Shown here: in pieces, positions 28,252 through 39,115 of the stretch
Layout of the letters: every line of letters begins with the position of its first letter
Position numbering within the stretch: the stretch's first letter is position 1
IMG/VR virus record: IMGVR_UViG_3300035698_004085
Location: 96,001-160,000 of that record
Length of the DNA: 64,000 nucleotides
Source of the DNA: a virus
Strand: one strand, 5' to 3'
Program-made: the position numbers and the translations under genes
Notes under the pieces: model-generated
Database searches by the model: none
What the model saw: only the letters and a program-made list of their open reading frames with translations
What the model was told of the DNA's origin: nothing

Positions 28252-28557
28252 ATGAAGAATAAGCATATCCATAGCATGTTTGAAATTCTGGAGGCTGAGC
28301 TTTTTGCTCAAGAGTTGCCCTTGCATTTCTTTGACCGGATTAACAAGGTCAAGAAAGACTTTCAGGAGCGTTGCCTTCAAGATTTGTCAGAATTGAGCGA
28401 AGAAGAAAAAGCCGTTTTGGAAGAGAACATGACAACTAGAGGACGTATCCGCGCCATTAAGTCATATCGTGAGAGAACTGGAGCATCTTTGTCAGACGCG
28501 AAAAGCGTAGTTGACAAGTATTTCTTCGCACTTCTCGAAAAGAACAAGGAGAACTGA
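28252..28557 (+). CDS. Protein with ribosomal L7/L12 C-terminal-like domain
   Basis: RIRAIKSYRERTGASLSDAKSVVD resembles K..VIK..R..TGLGLKEAK..V. Confidence 0.7.
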   Translation: MKNKHIHSMFEILEAELFAQELPLHFFDRINKVKKDFQERCLQDLSELSEEEKAVLEENMTTRGRIRAIKSYRERTGASLSDAKSVVDKYFFALLEKNKEN

Positions 28558-29183
28558 AAAATGACACAGCTAGTAAACTATGATCAATTGTATATTTCTT
28601 TTAACGAAGGACCGTTTGTGGTTGTAAAAAAAGAAAAGCAGTATAGGATAGAGGAGCAAAGTTGTAAAGACTCTATTAAGTCTTGTTTACCTCATGAGCC
28701 TTCTACTCATAAACTGTTGGATAGTCTAGGGCTAAGCGGGTGGACTCCTGATCCACTGCTGGCTATGAACGTTTGTAACAAGCTGAACGGTCGGTTACCT
28801 CAGAAGTCTGAACAGCTCAAGCTTAAGGATCTCATCAAGGCTGCTCAAGACTTCGTTGAGTATGGAGAAAATGGTGGGCGAGAGGACGGAGACAACGGGC
28901 TTGACTACATCTACTATACGGAGAAGTTTGACGCTCTAAAGGCTGCTGTAAAAGCATTGAAGGAGAATTAAGATGATTATTCGCTGGACGACAAAGCGTG
29001 TATATAAGCATGATGGGGCAAAGCTCGGGTCAGGACTTCGTAAGTGGAAAAGAGTGTTAAAGACTACACTATGGATCTTGTTTATCCCAATCTTTACTAA
29101 AACTGTTGACCCAGGATTTAGGAGGTAATTAAGGTAGACGAACTACTTAAATAACTTTGCCTCAATAAATATAAAATAAGTAA

Positions 29184-29216
29184 CTTTAAGCTAGACAACA
29201 GTGTGTGAAGTATAAT
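29184..29216 (+). promoter_or_regulatory. Putative phage late promoter
   Basis: CTTTAA-N21-TATAAT. Confidence 0.65.
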
Positions 29217-29250
29217 ATAGTAGATTCAAGAAGCTAAAGGAGCTTAAGCT

Positions 29251-29592
29251 GTGGAATTAACCTCAAAAATCGCTAGGAAAAAGGTCAATACTGATATGTG
29301 GGCAACGATAATTGATAAATATGCCCAAGATATGAGCCAAGCACCTGAACAAATCGACCCAACTGCTATTCAAATGGGTCAAAGCATTTATGACGGCACT
29401 GGAACAGAATATGTCGTTATTGAGGATGATCCTACCACAACTGATAAAACCGTAATGCCAGCAGACCAATCAGGCTCAGACTTACCAGAAGGAGTCAAGA
29501 CTGTTCAGGATACGGAACTTTCTTCAGAATTCAACGTGCAACCTGCTGAAGGAATAGTAGCAAGCATTGAACCAGAGTTTGTAAGGGGATAA
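29251..29592 (+). CDS. Acidic protein heading the leader-family operon
   Basis: AAGGAG + GTG; basic N-terminus ending KYAQ, then acidic body. Confidence 0.6.
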   Translation: MELTSKIARKKVNTDMWATIIDKYAQDMSQAPEQIDPTAIQMGQSIYDGTGTEYVVIEDDPTTTDKTVMPADQSGSDLPEGVKTVQDTELSSEFNVQPAEGIVASIEPEFVRG

Positions 29593-29878
29593 AGAAGATG
29601 TTAAAGCAAAGAGGAATAAGTGAAGAAGGCTTAAAGAGAATAAGTAAGGTTATCGGACAAGCTAGTTCTTCATTTGAAGAGGACCTTGCTAACTTTATAT
29701 GGGAGAGCGACGGAACTAAAGAAGAAATACTACAAGAGCTTAAAGTCGAATATCCAAACGCTACCTTATCACAAATTATGAAAGCCTGGGACGTAGCTTA
29801 CTACTAGCTATTAACTCGTAAGAGGATAAAGAAGATGTTAAAGCAAAGAGGAATAAGTGAAGAAGGCTTAAAGAGAAT
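29587..29878 (+). repeat. 55-bp perfect direct repeat (29587-29641 and 29824-29878) covering RBS plus leader codons
   Basis: ggataaagaagatgttaaagcaaagaggaataagtgaagaaggcttaaagagaat. Confidence 0.95.
29598..29807 (+). CDS. Leader-family acidic protein
   Basis: MLKQRGISEEGLKRISKVIGQ. Confidence 0.7.
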   Translation: MLKQRGISEEGLKRISKVIGQASSSFEEDLANFIWESDGTKEEILQELKVEYPNATLSQIMKAWDVAYY

Positions 29879-30062
29879 TGCCAATTCATCTATTGCTCAA
29901 CCCGCGCTTGAGCAGCTTAGGCAAGATATGAACACTTCCATTAAATCCTTGTATGAAGGTTTAACATCAGAAGAAGATAGACTTACTCTCGATGACCTTT
30001 ATGATGAATTTATGGCAGGAATTCAAGAATTAATTAGTTACCCAGCAAACGAAGAATATTAA
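29835..30062 (+). CDS. Leader-family acidic protein
   Basis: MLKQRGISEEGLKRIANSSIAQ. Confidence 0.7.
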   Translation: MLKQRGISEEGLKRIANSSIAQPALEQLRQDMNTSIKSLYEGLTSEEDRLTLDDLYDEFMAGIQELISYPANEEY

Positions 30063-30072
30063 GGAATATAAA

Positions 30073-30339
30073 ATGAAGTTACTAGAACAAAGAGGAATCA
30101 CTAACGAAGGTATCAAGAGACTATCTAAAGTAGTTAAAAAGTCTGGAGCTTCTGAGATAGTTAACCAGATTATGCAAGCAGTTGATCCTCTTATTAACGA
30201 CCTTTTCTTACAACTTCCTGATTCTGCGTCAGAAGATCAGTTAGACGAGCTATATACTGGATTCCTTCGGGAACTTAACGAAATTGTATCTCCAGGATCT
30301 CTGGATGATCTTAAAAACTCTGATGAGATAGGATATTAA
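30073..30339 (+). CDS. Leader-family acidic protein
   Basis: MKLLEQRGITNEGIKRLSKVVKKS; C-terminal LDELY..F...L.E..S.P-like segment shared with 29835. Confidence 0.7.
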   Translation: MKLLEQRGITNEGIKRLSKVVKKSGASEIVNQIMQAVDPLINDLFLQLPDSASEDQLDELYTGFLRELNEIVSPGSLDDLKNSDEIGY

Positions 30340-30340
30340 A

Positions 30341-30814
30341 ATGAAATTGCATGGAATAGACGTAGATGGAATGAAGAGAATCGCTAAGAAAGCCCAGATG
30401 GAAGATTCTGGTCCTAGCCCTAGCTTACACCAGGAGTTGGTAGATGCAGGTATCCCAGTAGAGAACCATGAGTCTGACTTGTATTTCCCAGTTACTCCTG
30501 AAACTCAAGCAATTGTAGAAAGCTCTGAGTTCGGTCAAAGTGTAGAAACTTTTACAGACAATATTGACGGAGAACAATGGTTTGATGCTCCTTTCCAGTA
30601 CGATCCTTCTCTAGGTAATAAAATGGCATCTGAGAAAGAAGCTGCATCAGACGATGAAACCTGGGATAAGCTTGACCTTATTCGTACAGCCTTAGACGAT
30701 ACTGAAATTGTGGACAATCTTATTAAAGGTCTGTCCTCTGAAGAAGCTAATAGCTCACTAGACTATATTATTCAAATGTATGATCTTTCTTCAGAAGAAG
30801 GAATGGAGTATTAA
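30341..30814 (+). CDS. Leader-family acidic two-module protein
   Basis: MKLHGIDVDGMKRIAKKAQ; HESDLY module; KMASEKEAAS linker. Confidence 0.7.
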   Translation: MKLHGIDVDGMKRIAKKAQMEDSGPSPSLHQELVDAGIPVENHESDLYFPVTPETQAIVESSEFGQSVETFTDNIDGEQWFDAPFQYDPSLGNKMASEKEAASDDETWDKLDLIRTALDDTEIVDNLIKGLSSEEANSSLDYIIQMYDLSSEEGMEY

Positions 30815-30815
30815 A

Positions 30816-31220
30816 ATGAAGTTGCACGGAGTTACGCCTGAAGGAATGAAACGTTTAGCTAAGGTTGCTCAAATGGATGAAGAACCCATGATGGGCGGGG
30901 GCTTGTCAGACGTAGAAGACTTAGTTCTATTTATAGATAATTCAGGCGAGCTTTATCCTCAAACGCAAGAGATTCAAAAGAGTCTTATTCAAAAAATTCA
31001 ACGCGGAGTTTATGATTCAGATCAGGCACCTCAGCTTTGGAGCTATCTAGTAGAAGCTGGCGCAAAACAGTACGTTCAAGAAATGAACGACGGAATGTCT
31101 TGGTTTCAAAAATTCCCCCCAGAAGTTAGACAAGAAGCGGCTCAAATGATGGCTGAAGAGTTTGATGAAGAAATCTCTTTTGCTGGAGACGAAGATCTTA
31201 ACGAGCACTTCGGAGTCTAA
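30816..31220 (+). CDS. Leader-family acidic protein
   Basis: Start 30816 (GGAG RBS); MKLHGVTPEGMKRLAKVAQ. Confidence 0.7.
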   Translation: MKLHGVTPEGMKRLAKVAQMDEEPMMGGGLSDVEDLVLFIDNSGELYPQTQEIQKSLIQKIQRGVYDSDQAPQLWSYLVEAGAKQYVQEMNDGMSWFQKFPPEVRQEAAQMMAEEFDEEISFAGDEDLNEHFGV

Positions 31221-31226
31221 GCTATA

Positions 31227-31793
31227 ATGACTTTACCTCGCACCAAAGGTCTTTCTGAAGCAAGTTATAATAGGCTTGCTGCAACCTATTTTGGAGAAGA
31301 TGATCCTTATTCTGAGAAGGTTGTTAAGAAACAAGACGCCTGGATGCGCATGAAGGATAAAAAAGAAACCAATCTCGAAAATTGGAAAAGCCAAGCTAAC
31401 GGAAAACCAACCAATTATCCTCATAAAGAATCTTCCTCAAAAACTGATGAAATAGATAATTCAGAAAACTTAACACCTGTTTCATCAAACTCGACCTTGA
31501 CTAAATCTAGGTCAAAATCACCCTTAGCCTCTAAGCAAAACTCTCATACATCTCGCACAGTTAAGTCTCAATCTGACCCTCTTTCTGACTCCCCTATCCT
31601 TGATAATAGCTTTGATTTTTCGAGTTTTCCAGAAGAAGGAAAAATAGGATTCTCAGAGGCTAAATCTCTTATCTTAGAAATGATTCAGCAGGGCTTTGAA
31701 GACGTTGACATACTTATTCAGGTGAACGAACGATTCACCAAAGACGTTTCTGACATGGCTTTGCAAGAATGTCGTAGAAAAGGACTTATTTAA
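31227..31793 (+). CDS. Protein with a divergent leader
   Basis: MTLPRTKGLSEASYNRLAA. Confidence 0.6.
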   Translation: MTLPRTKGLSEASYNRLAATYFGEDDPYSEKVVKKQDAWMRMKDKKETNLENWKSQANGKPTNYPHKESSSKTDEIDNSENLTPVSSNSTLTKSRSKSPLASKQNSHTSRTVKSQSDPLSDSPILDNSFDFSSFPEEGKIGFSEAKSLILEMIQQGFEDVDILIQVNERFTKDVSDMALQECRRKGLI

Positions 31794-31940
31794 AATGACT
31801 GCATGGATTAAAGACAGAGTATGGACTTACCCAACCTTAATTATCCCAGCTACTTTAGTTGTTATTGCTCAAATAGCGAGTCTTATCGCGTACTTAGCCT
31901 AGTTTCTCTCCCTCTTTCTTAAAGAATTCCTAAAAAGAAC

Positions 31941-31969
31941 TTGACAACCCCTGTTTAATGTAGTAAGCT
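31941..31969 (+). promoter_or_regulatory. Sigma70-type early promoter
   Basis: TTGACA-N17-TAAGCT. Confidence 0.8.
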
Positions 31970-33084
31970 GCTCTTGGTAACTTAATTACTAGGAGATTTT
32001 ATTATGAAAAGAGTGAAGCTAAAAGTAATCCAGGGAGCACCAATTGTTAACAATGCCTATGCCTACAGATCCTCAGAAAACATTGTGGCGATTGAGATAG
32101 ACCTTACGAGTAAATACTGCATAGTAGAAGCTGTTGGATCAGGTGAAGGTAACCCCTGTATCCTAGTAGGTACCACTGACAGATCCTTACACCTGTCCGA
32201 AACCAAAAACAGAGATGCTATGACAGAAATCAGCTTTCCAGAATATGGAAAAGACTGGTTAGTCTGGGCAGCTGATATTGGTAGATACACCCTAACCGCC
32301 TGCCTAGTAAAAATGAGGAAAAGATGATTGAAACCGATAAAGATCTGAGTAAGCAATATGAAGAGAAAATGGCTAAGCTAGAAGAGAGGCTAGAGAGTAT
32401 TGAAAAAGCCTTCAAAAACTGCATAGCAGGCGCTTGTATCTCTGAAGAAGAAATGCTAAATTGCGACGGCAATTGCTATGAATGTTGGATCAGGAACATA
32501 AACAAGGAACAACAATGACTAAGATATATCTAGATGATAAATGCATTGGGGAAGTAACCGACTTCAAGATTACCCATAAGGCTGACTCAGACGGCTCTGT
32601 AAAGACCTTAAAGCTGTCCAAGGGTAGTAACCTATCCCAAGGCTTCAAGAAGGTTGAGATAACCGTTAAGAAGCTCCTGACAGATGACATGAAAAAACTT
32701 GAAGACTGGGTTAAAGGAGTAATAGAAGATGATTAAAGAAGGGTATATTAGTAGGAAAGAACTGAAATGCTTTGAATTCACTATGAAGAAAATGGAGTTT
32801 TAAAATGACCAAGAAGAAAACAGCTAAGAAGCCAGTAGTTAAGAAACCAGATGACCTAACTTTCTATTACTTCTATCCAGACAACTCTGATATTAGTGAA
32901 GTAACGGAATGTATCCTTGACGAGCGCTATTGGCTAGACACGTTCAAGGGTTCTCAAAAAGGATTTGAAGAACATATTAGAGATCAATGGGAAGACGAAG
33001 AAGAGTTTATTCTCATCTACTTCACAGATGCTCCCAAAGTTCTTAAAATGAAGAAAATTACCAAAACCACCATCGAGGATTATA

Positions 33085-34266
33085 ATGGAAAAATTTAAAT
33101 CAGGTGACAAATTCTATAATGAGCAAGGTAGAGTAGGGCTAGAAATCCTTAAGGTAGTACATATCTACAACACTACTCTTTGTAAGGGCATGTCTGAGTA
33201 TTACTATAAGCTCTCCGGTTATGGAATTGATAAAGGAAACGTTATAACGGTTCACACTACAGGAACCAAAAAAGAAATGCTAGAAGACGTATTCCAAAAC
33301 AACCTAACTAGAAATGAGCCAATTGACCCAGAAAACACTTATATCTACGACTCAGTAGGTAGAGAAGTTGGCTACATCAAAAGCTATACTATTAATATTC
33401 TAGTTAAAGAAGAAGCCTTCGAAACCTACAATGTGGAAGGTTTGCTAACACCTGAAGGAAAACAGATTAGACCATCAACTCCCTGGCTATTAAACGTAAC
33501 TATGAAACAACTACAAAGGGAGATGGCTAAGAACAAACTATACTTCAAAAAACCTGATGAACCAGAAGAAGTAATGTTTGGAGCAGGGCATGACTTCTAT
33601 AATAAGGAAGGAAAAGTAGTTGGTAGAATCTCAGGCGTAGCCTGCGTCAGTTCCTATCCCTATCCTTGTCGTGTCGTTTATTCAGTAGATTTTGACTTTG
33701 GTAATTCTGGCTCCAACCTAAAAGATGTTGACTATCTCACCGTTAGACATATGCTCAACGTTTATGATCTAACCCTTGAACCTCCTTCGAAGGAGTATGA
33801 GACGTTGAACAGAGGTCAGACCTTCTCTGATAAGGAAGGAAATCTCAGAGGTATCATCACGGTAGATCTTCAACTCCCTGTTAAAATAGATTATTGGGAA
33901 GTTCTTAGTCTACTCAGCGCAAATGAGCTAACTATGGACCCGCCAACTTCGTCAACTAAAGCTGACGAAGAGTTTATCAGTGATTTGGTTTGGGAAACGG
34001 TAAGTGACTGGGCTAAGCCTGAACATGAAGAATCCTTAGTAGATTCACTTCCTCAATACATTGCAGATAAAATCACTGCCCAATCCTTAGACAAGATCCT
34101 TAGTGATTATAGCAAGGATGCAGACTTTATCCTCAACGCAGTAAGCCTTGTAGCAGACTCTCACGACCTTACTGATGACCAATATTCAACTGTTGTCAAC
34201 GAAACAGTAACCATTCTTCAAAACCGGTCAATTGAACTTGACCATATGCTGAAGAAGGAGGACTAA
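33085..34266 (+). CDS. Hypothetical protein with about 4 internal G.xFY(N/D)xxG repeats
   Basis: GDKFYNEQGR, YIYDSVGR, GHDFYNKEGK, GQTFSDKEGN. Confidence 0.6.
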   Translation: MEKFKSGDKFYNEQGRVGLEILKVVHIYNTTLCKGMSEYYYKLSGYGIDKGNVITVHTTGTKKEMLEDVFQNNLTRNEPIDPENTYIYDSVGREVGYIKSYTINILVKEEAFETYNVEGLLTPEGKQIRPSTPWLLNVTMKQLQREMAKNKLYFKKPDEPEEVMFGAGHDFYNKEGKVVGRISGVACVSSYPYPCRVVYSVDFDFGNSGSNLKDVDYLTVRHMLNVYDLTLEPPSKEYETLNRGQTFSDKEGNLRGIITVDLQLPVKIDYWEVLSLLSANELTMDPPTSSTKADEEFISDLVWETVSDWAKPEHEESLVDSLPQYIADKITAQSLDKILSDYSKDADFILNAVSLVADSHDLTDDQYSTVVNETVTILQNRSIELDHMLKKED

Positions 34267-34267
34267 A

Positions 34268-34735
34268 GTGGAAAAACTAAAAGTAAATACAGTAATACTT
34301 AACTTAAAGAAGGAACCAGTAGCTAGAGTTACTATCACCCGTATGGAGGAAGCCTATTATTACCTTCAACTCCTAGACATCCAAGATCCTATATTTGGGG
34401 GATTTGTAACCTATCAAAGCGGAGATGAGGTTATGATATTTTGTGACCATTGCTGTCTAGAGCACTACGTAGAATGCCACGGATATAAGCTAAGAGTACC
34501 TCAGACTCCTAAAACACGAGAAGATAAGATTGAAATAATCGTTAAAGAACTCTTGAAAGAAGCTATGAATGACTTTAAAGCGAAATACAGCTATACTGCT
34601 ACTGTAGAAGATAGCCTGCCTGCTAGAATTGATAGAATACTGGACGATAAGCTATTGGCAATTCCAGCAGGTTACAACTATACTATTATCAACGAGGTTC
34701 TAGTTAAACTTGAGAAGCTAACTGAGGACAACTAA
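34268..34735 (+). CDS. K(V/I)GT-family paralog
   Basis: MEKLKVNTVILN..PVARV. Confidence 0.55.
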   Translation: MEKLKVNTVILNLKKEPVARVTITRMEEAYYYLQLLDIQDPIFGGFVTYQSGDEVMIFCDHCCLEHYVECHGYKLRVPQTPKTREDKIEIIVKELLKEAMNDFKAKYSYTATVEDSLPARIDRILDDKLLAIPAGYNYTIINEVLVKLEKLTEDN

Positions 34736-34736
34736 A

Positions 34737-35468
34737 ATGACCCAATTCTTCACAGCTGATCCACATCTATTGCATAATAGCATTATAAAGCTCTGTAACA
34801 GACCGTTCAAAAACACGGAGCATATGTGGAGACTCATCAAAAAGAACTGGAACAACACAGTAACCGATAATGATGAAGTCTGGGTAGCAGGTGACCTAAC
34901 CCTAGAAACTCAGGAGCATAAGTCCCTACTCAAAAACATGATTAATTCCCTAAATGGTACTAAACACCTTATTCTAGGGAATCATGACCTTATGCTGCCA
35001 AGAGACTATCAAGAAATTGGCTTCACCTCAATCCACTACCCTGCTGTAAGGCTTTCTGAAGGGCTTTACGTAGGACATGACCCAACCCTTGCCAATGCCT
35101 TCGAAGACGGAGACACGCTAGTCTGTGGACATCAACACGGGGCTTTATTCAAGTCTCAATGGTCTAACAAGGGAGTATTCGTCATAGATGTTGGAGTTGA
35201 CGTTAGAAACTTCACCCCAATTTCACTAAAAGAGGTTAAACAGCTTTTTATCACCGGAATGGAGAAACAGATGACTGAAGAGAAAACACCAATGTTCGCC
35301 GCCAACACAGTTTTGCACGCTTTTCTGCTCGCAAGACTAAAAGGCTATAATAACCAATCCTTCAACGAAATCGCTGAAGATGTGCTAAATCACGATGACT
35401 TCAACAACCTAAACAAAAAAGACGTTATTAAGCTGGCTAACCAACTAGTAATCAAAACACTAAGGTAA
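34737..35468 (+). CDS. Calcineurin-like metallophosphoesterase
   Basis: DPH..H, GD, GNHD, H.P, GHQHG, DVGVD. Confidence 0.85.
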   Translation: MTQFFTADPHLLHNSIIKLCNRPFKNTEHMWRLIKKNWNNTVTDNDEVWVAGDLTLETQEHKSLLKNMINSLNGTKHLILGNHDLMLPRDYQEIGFTSIHYPAVRLSEGLYVGHDPTLANAFEDGDTLVCGHQHGALFKSQWSNKGVFVIDVGVDVRNFTPISLKEVKQLFITGMEKQMTEEKTPMFAANTVLHAFLLARLKGYNNQSFNEIAEDVLNHDDFNNLNKKDVIKLANQLVIKTLR

Positions 35469-35680
35469 GACAAAATGGCTAGAGTAATATTAGAAGGAAT
35501 AGACAACTATAGCGAAAACAACACAAATATAGAGTGTGAACTCTCTGAAGACTACATATACATGACTTTTGATGGGACATCTGATCCTGCATCTGTAACC
35601 AAAGAAGAATTCAGCGTTAAAATACCCCTAAAAGACTTAGAATTTATGGTCAGAGCCTTCACCAAGGAACAGATTTAAAA

Positions 35681-35947
35681 ATGACAAAATTTAAAATTGG
35701 TACTCAAATACTCGATAGACATTACAACATCATAGCTGAAATTAAAGGGATAACCCTCTGTGAGTGCGTACTAATATACTCAGTAAAAGTCTTCCACTAT
35801 GAAAATGCTGGCTCTAGATATAGAGCTTTCTTCCCACTAACCCTATTCGATACAGACGGAATCTACCAAGGATCTGAAAAAGATATTGAAGGAATCTTAA
35901 AAGAAAACCCTGAGTTTAAACTGGCTTATCCAGTAGAAAAGAGCTAA
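35681..35947 (+). CDS. K(V/I)GT-family paralog
   Basis: MTKFKIGTQILD...IAEI. Confidence 0.55.
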   Translation: MTKFKIGTQILDRHYNIIAEIKGITLCECVLIYSVKVFHYENAGSRYRAFFPLTLFDTDGIYQGSEKDIEGILKENPEFKLAYPVEKS

Positions 35948-35948
35948 A

Positions 35949-36698
35949 ATGGACATTAAAATAGGAACATCAATACTCAGCACTCAAGGATACTTTGGTA
36001 AAATAGCTGAAGTCACCTTCATGGCTAGAAAAGTACCAAGTATAGGAATGCGCGGAACACTAGGGCAAAAACTATATTACCTCAAACTAGCTAAAGAACC
36101 TCTAGACCAGGGCTTTAGCCCATTTACTAAATACGGCGTTATCATAGAATCAACGGGAGCCTTTATCTACAGAATTAACGAATCAGAACTTCTGGAAGTC
36201 ATTAAGGCTTATGACTTCACCCTAACTGAACCAAAAGAAAAGGATAACAAAATGGACAACATTAAAGTAGGAACAATCCTACTAGACGAAAGCCTAGGTA
36301 AACTAGCTGAAGTCACCTATCTAGGAACAATACAAATAAAAGACGGAGGAAAAGAGACAGAAGGATATTATGAACTTAAACTAAGTGAAGCAGCTAGGAT
36401 GTTAAGCACATTCAAAGGAGTAAGACATGAAATCAATGGAACATTTGCCTATAACGTTAAAGAATCTGTCCTTAACTACTACATCAACCTACATAAACTA
36501 AAAATCTCTAACCCTATTCCTATTAAAGAAAAACAAGAAAGAGCCTTAAACAAAATCCAAAACCAAATCGATAACCTCTCAGAACTCTCCAAAGCGCTCA
36601 ACACAGCCTGCCAGGAATCCTTAAGCGGAACCATCAACCTCTACACTAACAACCTTCAAAAAGCACTCAGAGAACTCCAAGACCTAAAGGAGAACTAA
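35949..36698 (+). CDS. K(V/I)GT-family paralog, two tandem domains plus coiled coil
   Basis: MDIKIGTSIL..KIAEV and internal MDNIKVGTILLD..KLAEV. Confidence 0.6.
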   Translation: MDIKIGTSILSTQGYFGKIAEVTFMARKVPSIGMRGTLGQKLYYLKLAKEPLDQGFSPFTKYGVIIESTGAFIYRINESELLEVIKAYDFTLTEPKEKDNKMDNIKVGTILLDESLGKLAEVTYLGTIQIKDGGKETEGYYELKLSEAARMLSTFKGVRHEINGTFAYNVKESVLNYYINLHKLKISNPIPIKEKQERALNKIQNQIDNLSELSKALNTACQESLSGTINLYTNNLQKALRELQDLKEN

Positions 36699-36699
36699 T

Positions 36700-37218
36700 A
36701 TGATTTGTCCCTGCTGTAAAATGTCTTTATGGACCAAAAACCCCTTCATAGTAGTCAACAACTACACATATTGTAAATACTGCGCCCCTAAAAAGAAAAG
36801 GATAACTAAAATGAACTATGAACTCAAAGTAGGAACAATCCTAAGCGACGAAAACCTAGGTAAAATAGCCAAAATTACCTATAAAGGAGGGAAACGCTGC
36901 TATCACCTTGAACTACTACACCCAGACTTAGGAACCTTCGCCTACGACGTAAGCGAATCTACCCTTAAAGATATTATCCAGGAATATGATCTAATTACAC
37001 TAAACGCTGAAAACAACTACTCACTCACAATCCCAATCTCCATCTCCATCAACCTCGAACAACAAACCCTATTCAAAGACCTACAAAACCAAGTATATGC
37101 CCTTGAATACCTCTCAGATGCACTCAGAACCTCCTGCAACGAACCCCTAGCCCTAAACCTACTCAACAAATCTAGAACCCTTCAAAACACCCTCAACGAA
37201 CTCATTAAGGTAAGCTAA
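36700..37218 (+). CDS. CPCC Zn finger fused to a K(V/I)GT domain
   Basis: MICPCCK..YTYCKYC then MNYELKVGTILSDE. Confidence 0.6.
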   Translation: MICPCCKMSLWTKNPFIVVNNYTYCKYCAPKKKRITKMNYELKVGTILSDENLGKIAKITYKGGKRCYHLELLHPDLGTFAYDVSESTLKDIIQEYDLITLNAENNYSLTIPISISINLEQQTLFKDLQNQVYALEYLSDALRTSCNEPLALNLLNKSRTLQNTLNELIKVS

Positions 37219-37389
37219 AATGAACCATAAACAAAAACCTAAAGATAATGAGCTTTACCCAAACAGTAAAGACAAAACTCACTGTAACTGTTGGTGGAAC
37301 GGTAACAAATGCTGCATCTGTAACTCTCCAGCCATGTCAGAAGAACAAATGGTTGAACAAGGCATGATCGAAACCAAAGGAGAACTAAT

Positions 37390-37872
37390 ATGATTTGTCC
37401 CTGCTGTAAAAGCTCTGGGTGGAACAAAAACTTCTTTATAGTCGTAAACGGCTACACCTATTGTAAAAACTGTGTCGTCCCTAAAACGAAAGAACAAAGG
37501 ACTATTAAAATGAACACACTACAAACAGAACTAAACAACAATGAAAATAAAGTAATTAACCCTAACCCTCCTAAACTAACCGTCACCTTCATCTGGGATA
37601 ATAACAATAACCTTAAAGTAACATGTAAAGTAGCATGCTGGGATAAACTCTCAGACTGGGTTTCTGAACCCTTCTACTTCTCTCAAAAAGATATTGAACA
37701 ACACATTAAACTAGGTTTCGAATCCTACAAAAAAAGCCTAGTAACAGCAATGATAAACCCAGAAGAAGATAAAGAAGTAGCTATAATTCAACAAGACGCC
37801 AGAGACAAAACTTTCAACTCAGAACTAATAAACTATATAATAAACCATAATCTAGAAGACAAAAAGGATTAA
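37390..37872 (+). CDS. CPCC Zn finger fused to an unrelated domain
   Basis: MICPCCK..YTYCKNC; same RBS/start DNA as 36700. Confidence 0.6.
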   Translation: MICPCCKSSGWNKNFFIVVNGYTYCKNCVVPKTKEQRTIKMNTLQTELNNNENKVINPNPPKLTVTFIWDNNNNLKVTCKVACWDKLSDWVSEPFYFSQKDIEQHIKLGFESYKKSLVTAMINPEEDKEVAIIQQDARDKTFNSELINYIINHNLEDKKD

Positions 37873-38701
37873 AGACAATGAATGAGAACACTAAAGATGA
37901 TTATCTAGAACGCCTAAGAAACATCGAAGCAAAAGCAAATGACCTACCTTACGCAACCTTCAAAGTTAATAACGTTAAACAATATAGGCACATCATAAAC
38001 AGAATAAACGAAAAATTAACACTAGCCACAGACAACAACATAGAACTAATAAGCTATCTAGAGGCTATAAACTAAAAAGGATTAAAACCAAACCAAAAGA
38101 ACCCCTAAAGAATCCCAAGAACATATAGACAGTCTCTCCTATACATAGTAGCCTAGTAACCCTTCATCCTCCTTAAATACATAATTCTAGACAGTATATA
38201 CAATCACTAATTAGTATTGTCTAAAAACTACCAACTTCTTCCCTTAATCAACTCTTTATTAGCTATTATATAAGATTTCTCAATCATTTCATAAGATTGT
38301 TTAAGACTGACTCAACATTATTCAACAGATCTTAAACATAATTTATAGAGAATAACACTTTTAAACAATCTTTAATAATCTTTAAAATGTATAACTATAC
38401 ATTCTTAAACTGCATATTTATACACAGTTCTTTAACTAATATTTATACATTCCCCAACATTTCTGCATACTTATGCAAGCGACCCTCGAAGCGCGTATCA
38501 CTTATGCATTAAAACCTCAAGCTCGTCGATTAATCCTTATACATTAATCAACAATTGGCTAGATTATGCCTAATCCTAAGCCTAGGCAAGCATTAGCCAG
38601 GGTTTATCCAGAGCTTACCCAGAGCTTATCCATTAATCCTCCATTAACTCTCCAGAGATTGGCTAATCTCTCCTGGAATTCCCCAGTTATTAGCTAATCT
38701 C

Positions 38702-39025
38702 CTTGCCAATAGTTCGGCAATAATCTTTAAAACCTTTATAAACCAAATATAGTTCTGTTCAGAGCTTAACGAGGCAGACGAATATCGGGGGTAAGACTTT
38801 TACCAGTGCTTTTAACCCTAATTATATTCTGTTTGGCTATTATATTCACTAATAACCTGCTGAATACTTGTGATGTATTAATATGCACAAGACTTCAGCA
38901 ATCTTTTAGCAACCCTGCCTAATATTATGGAAGCTATAACTCTAATCCCCAAATATTATATATGTTTTAATTAATATGCACTATTTTCTAAGGGATTATT
39001 AGTTTAATGCCGAACTATTGGCAAG
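38702..39025. repeat. 18-bp perfect inverted repeat
   Basis: CTTGCCAATAGTTCGGCA (38702-38719) / TGCCGAACTATTGGCAAG (39008-39025). Confidence 0.95.
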
Positions 39026-39115
39026 AGCTGGCTATAATTCTGTATAGTTATTAGCCAGTGCTTAAAGACTGGGGAGTTGTTAGTGATTGTTGGGTGATTG
39101 TTGTATAGTTGTTGG

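Noticed and set aside
434-31793. RiPP precursor or secretion-signal reading of the shared leader
   Set aside because: No modifying enzymes or transporters nearby, no hydrophobic core, and cargoes are folded-size acidic domains under late-type promoters; not strictly excluded
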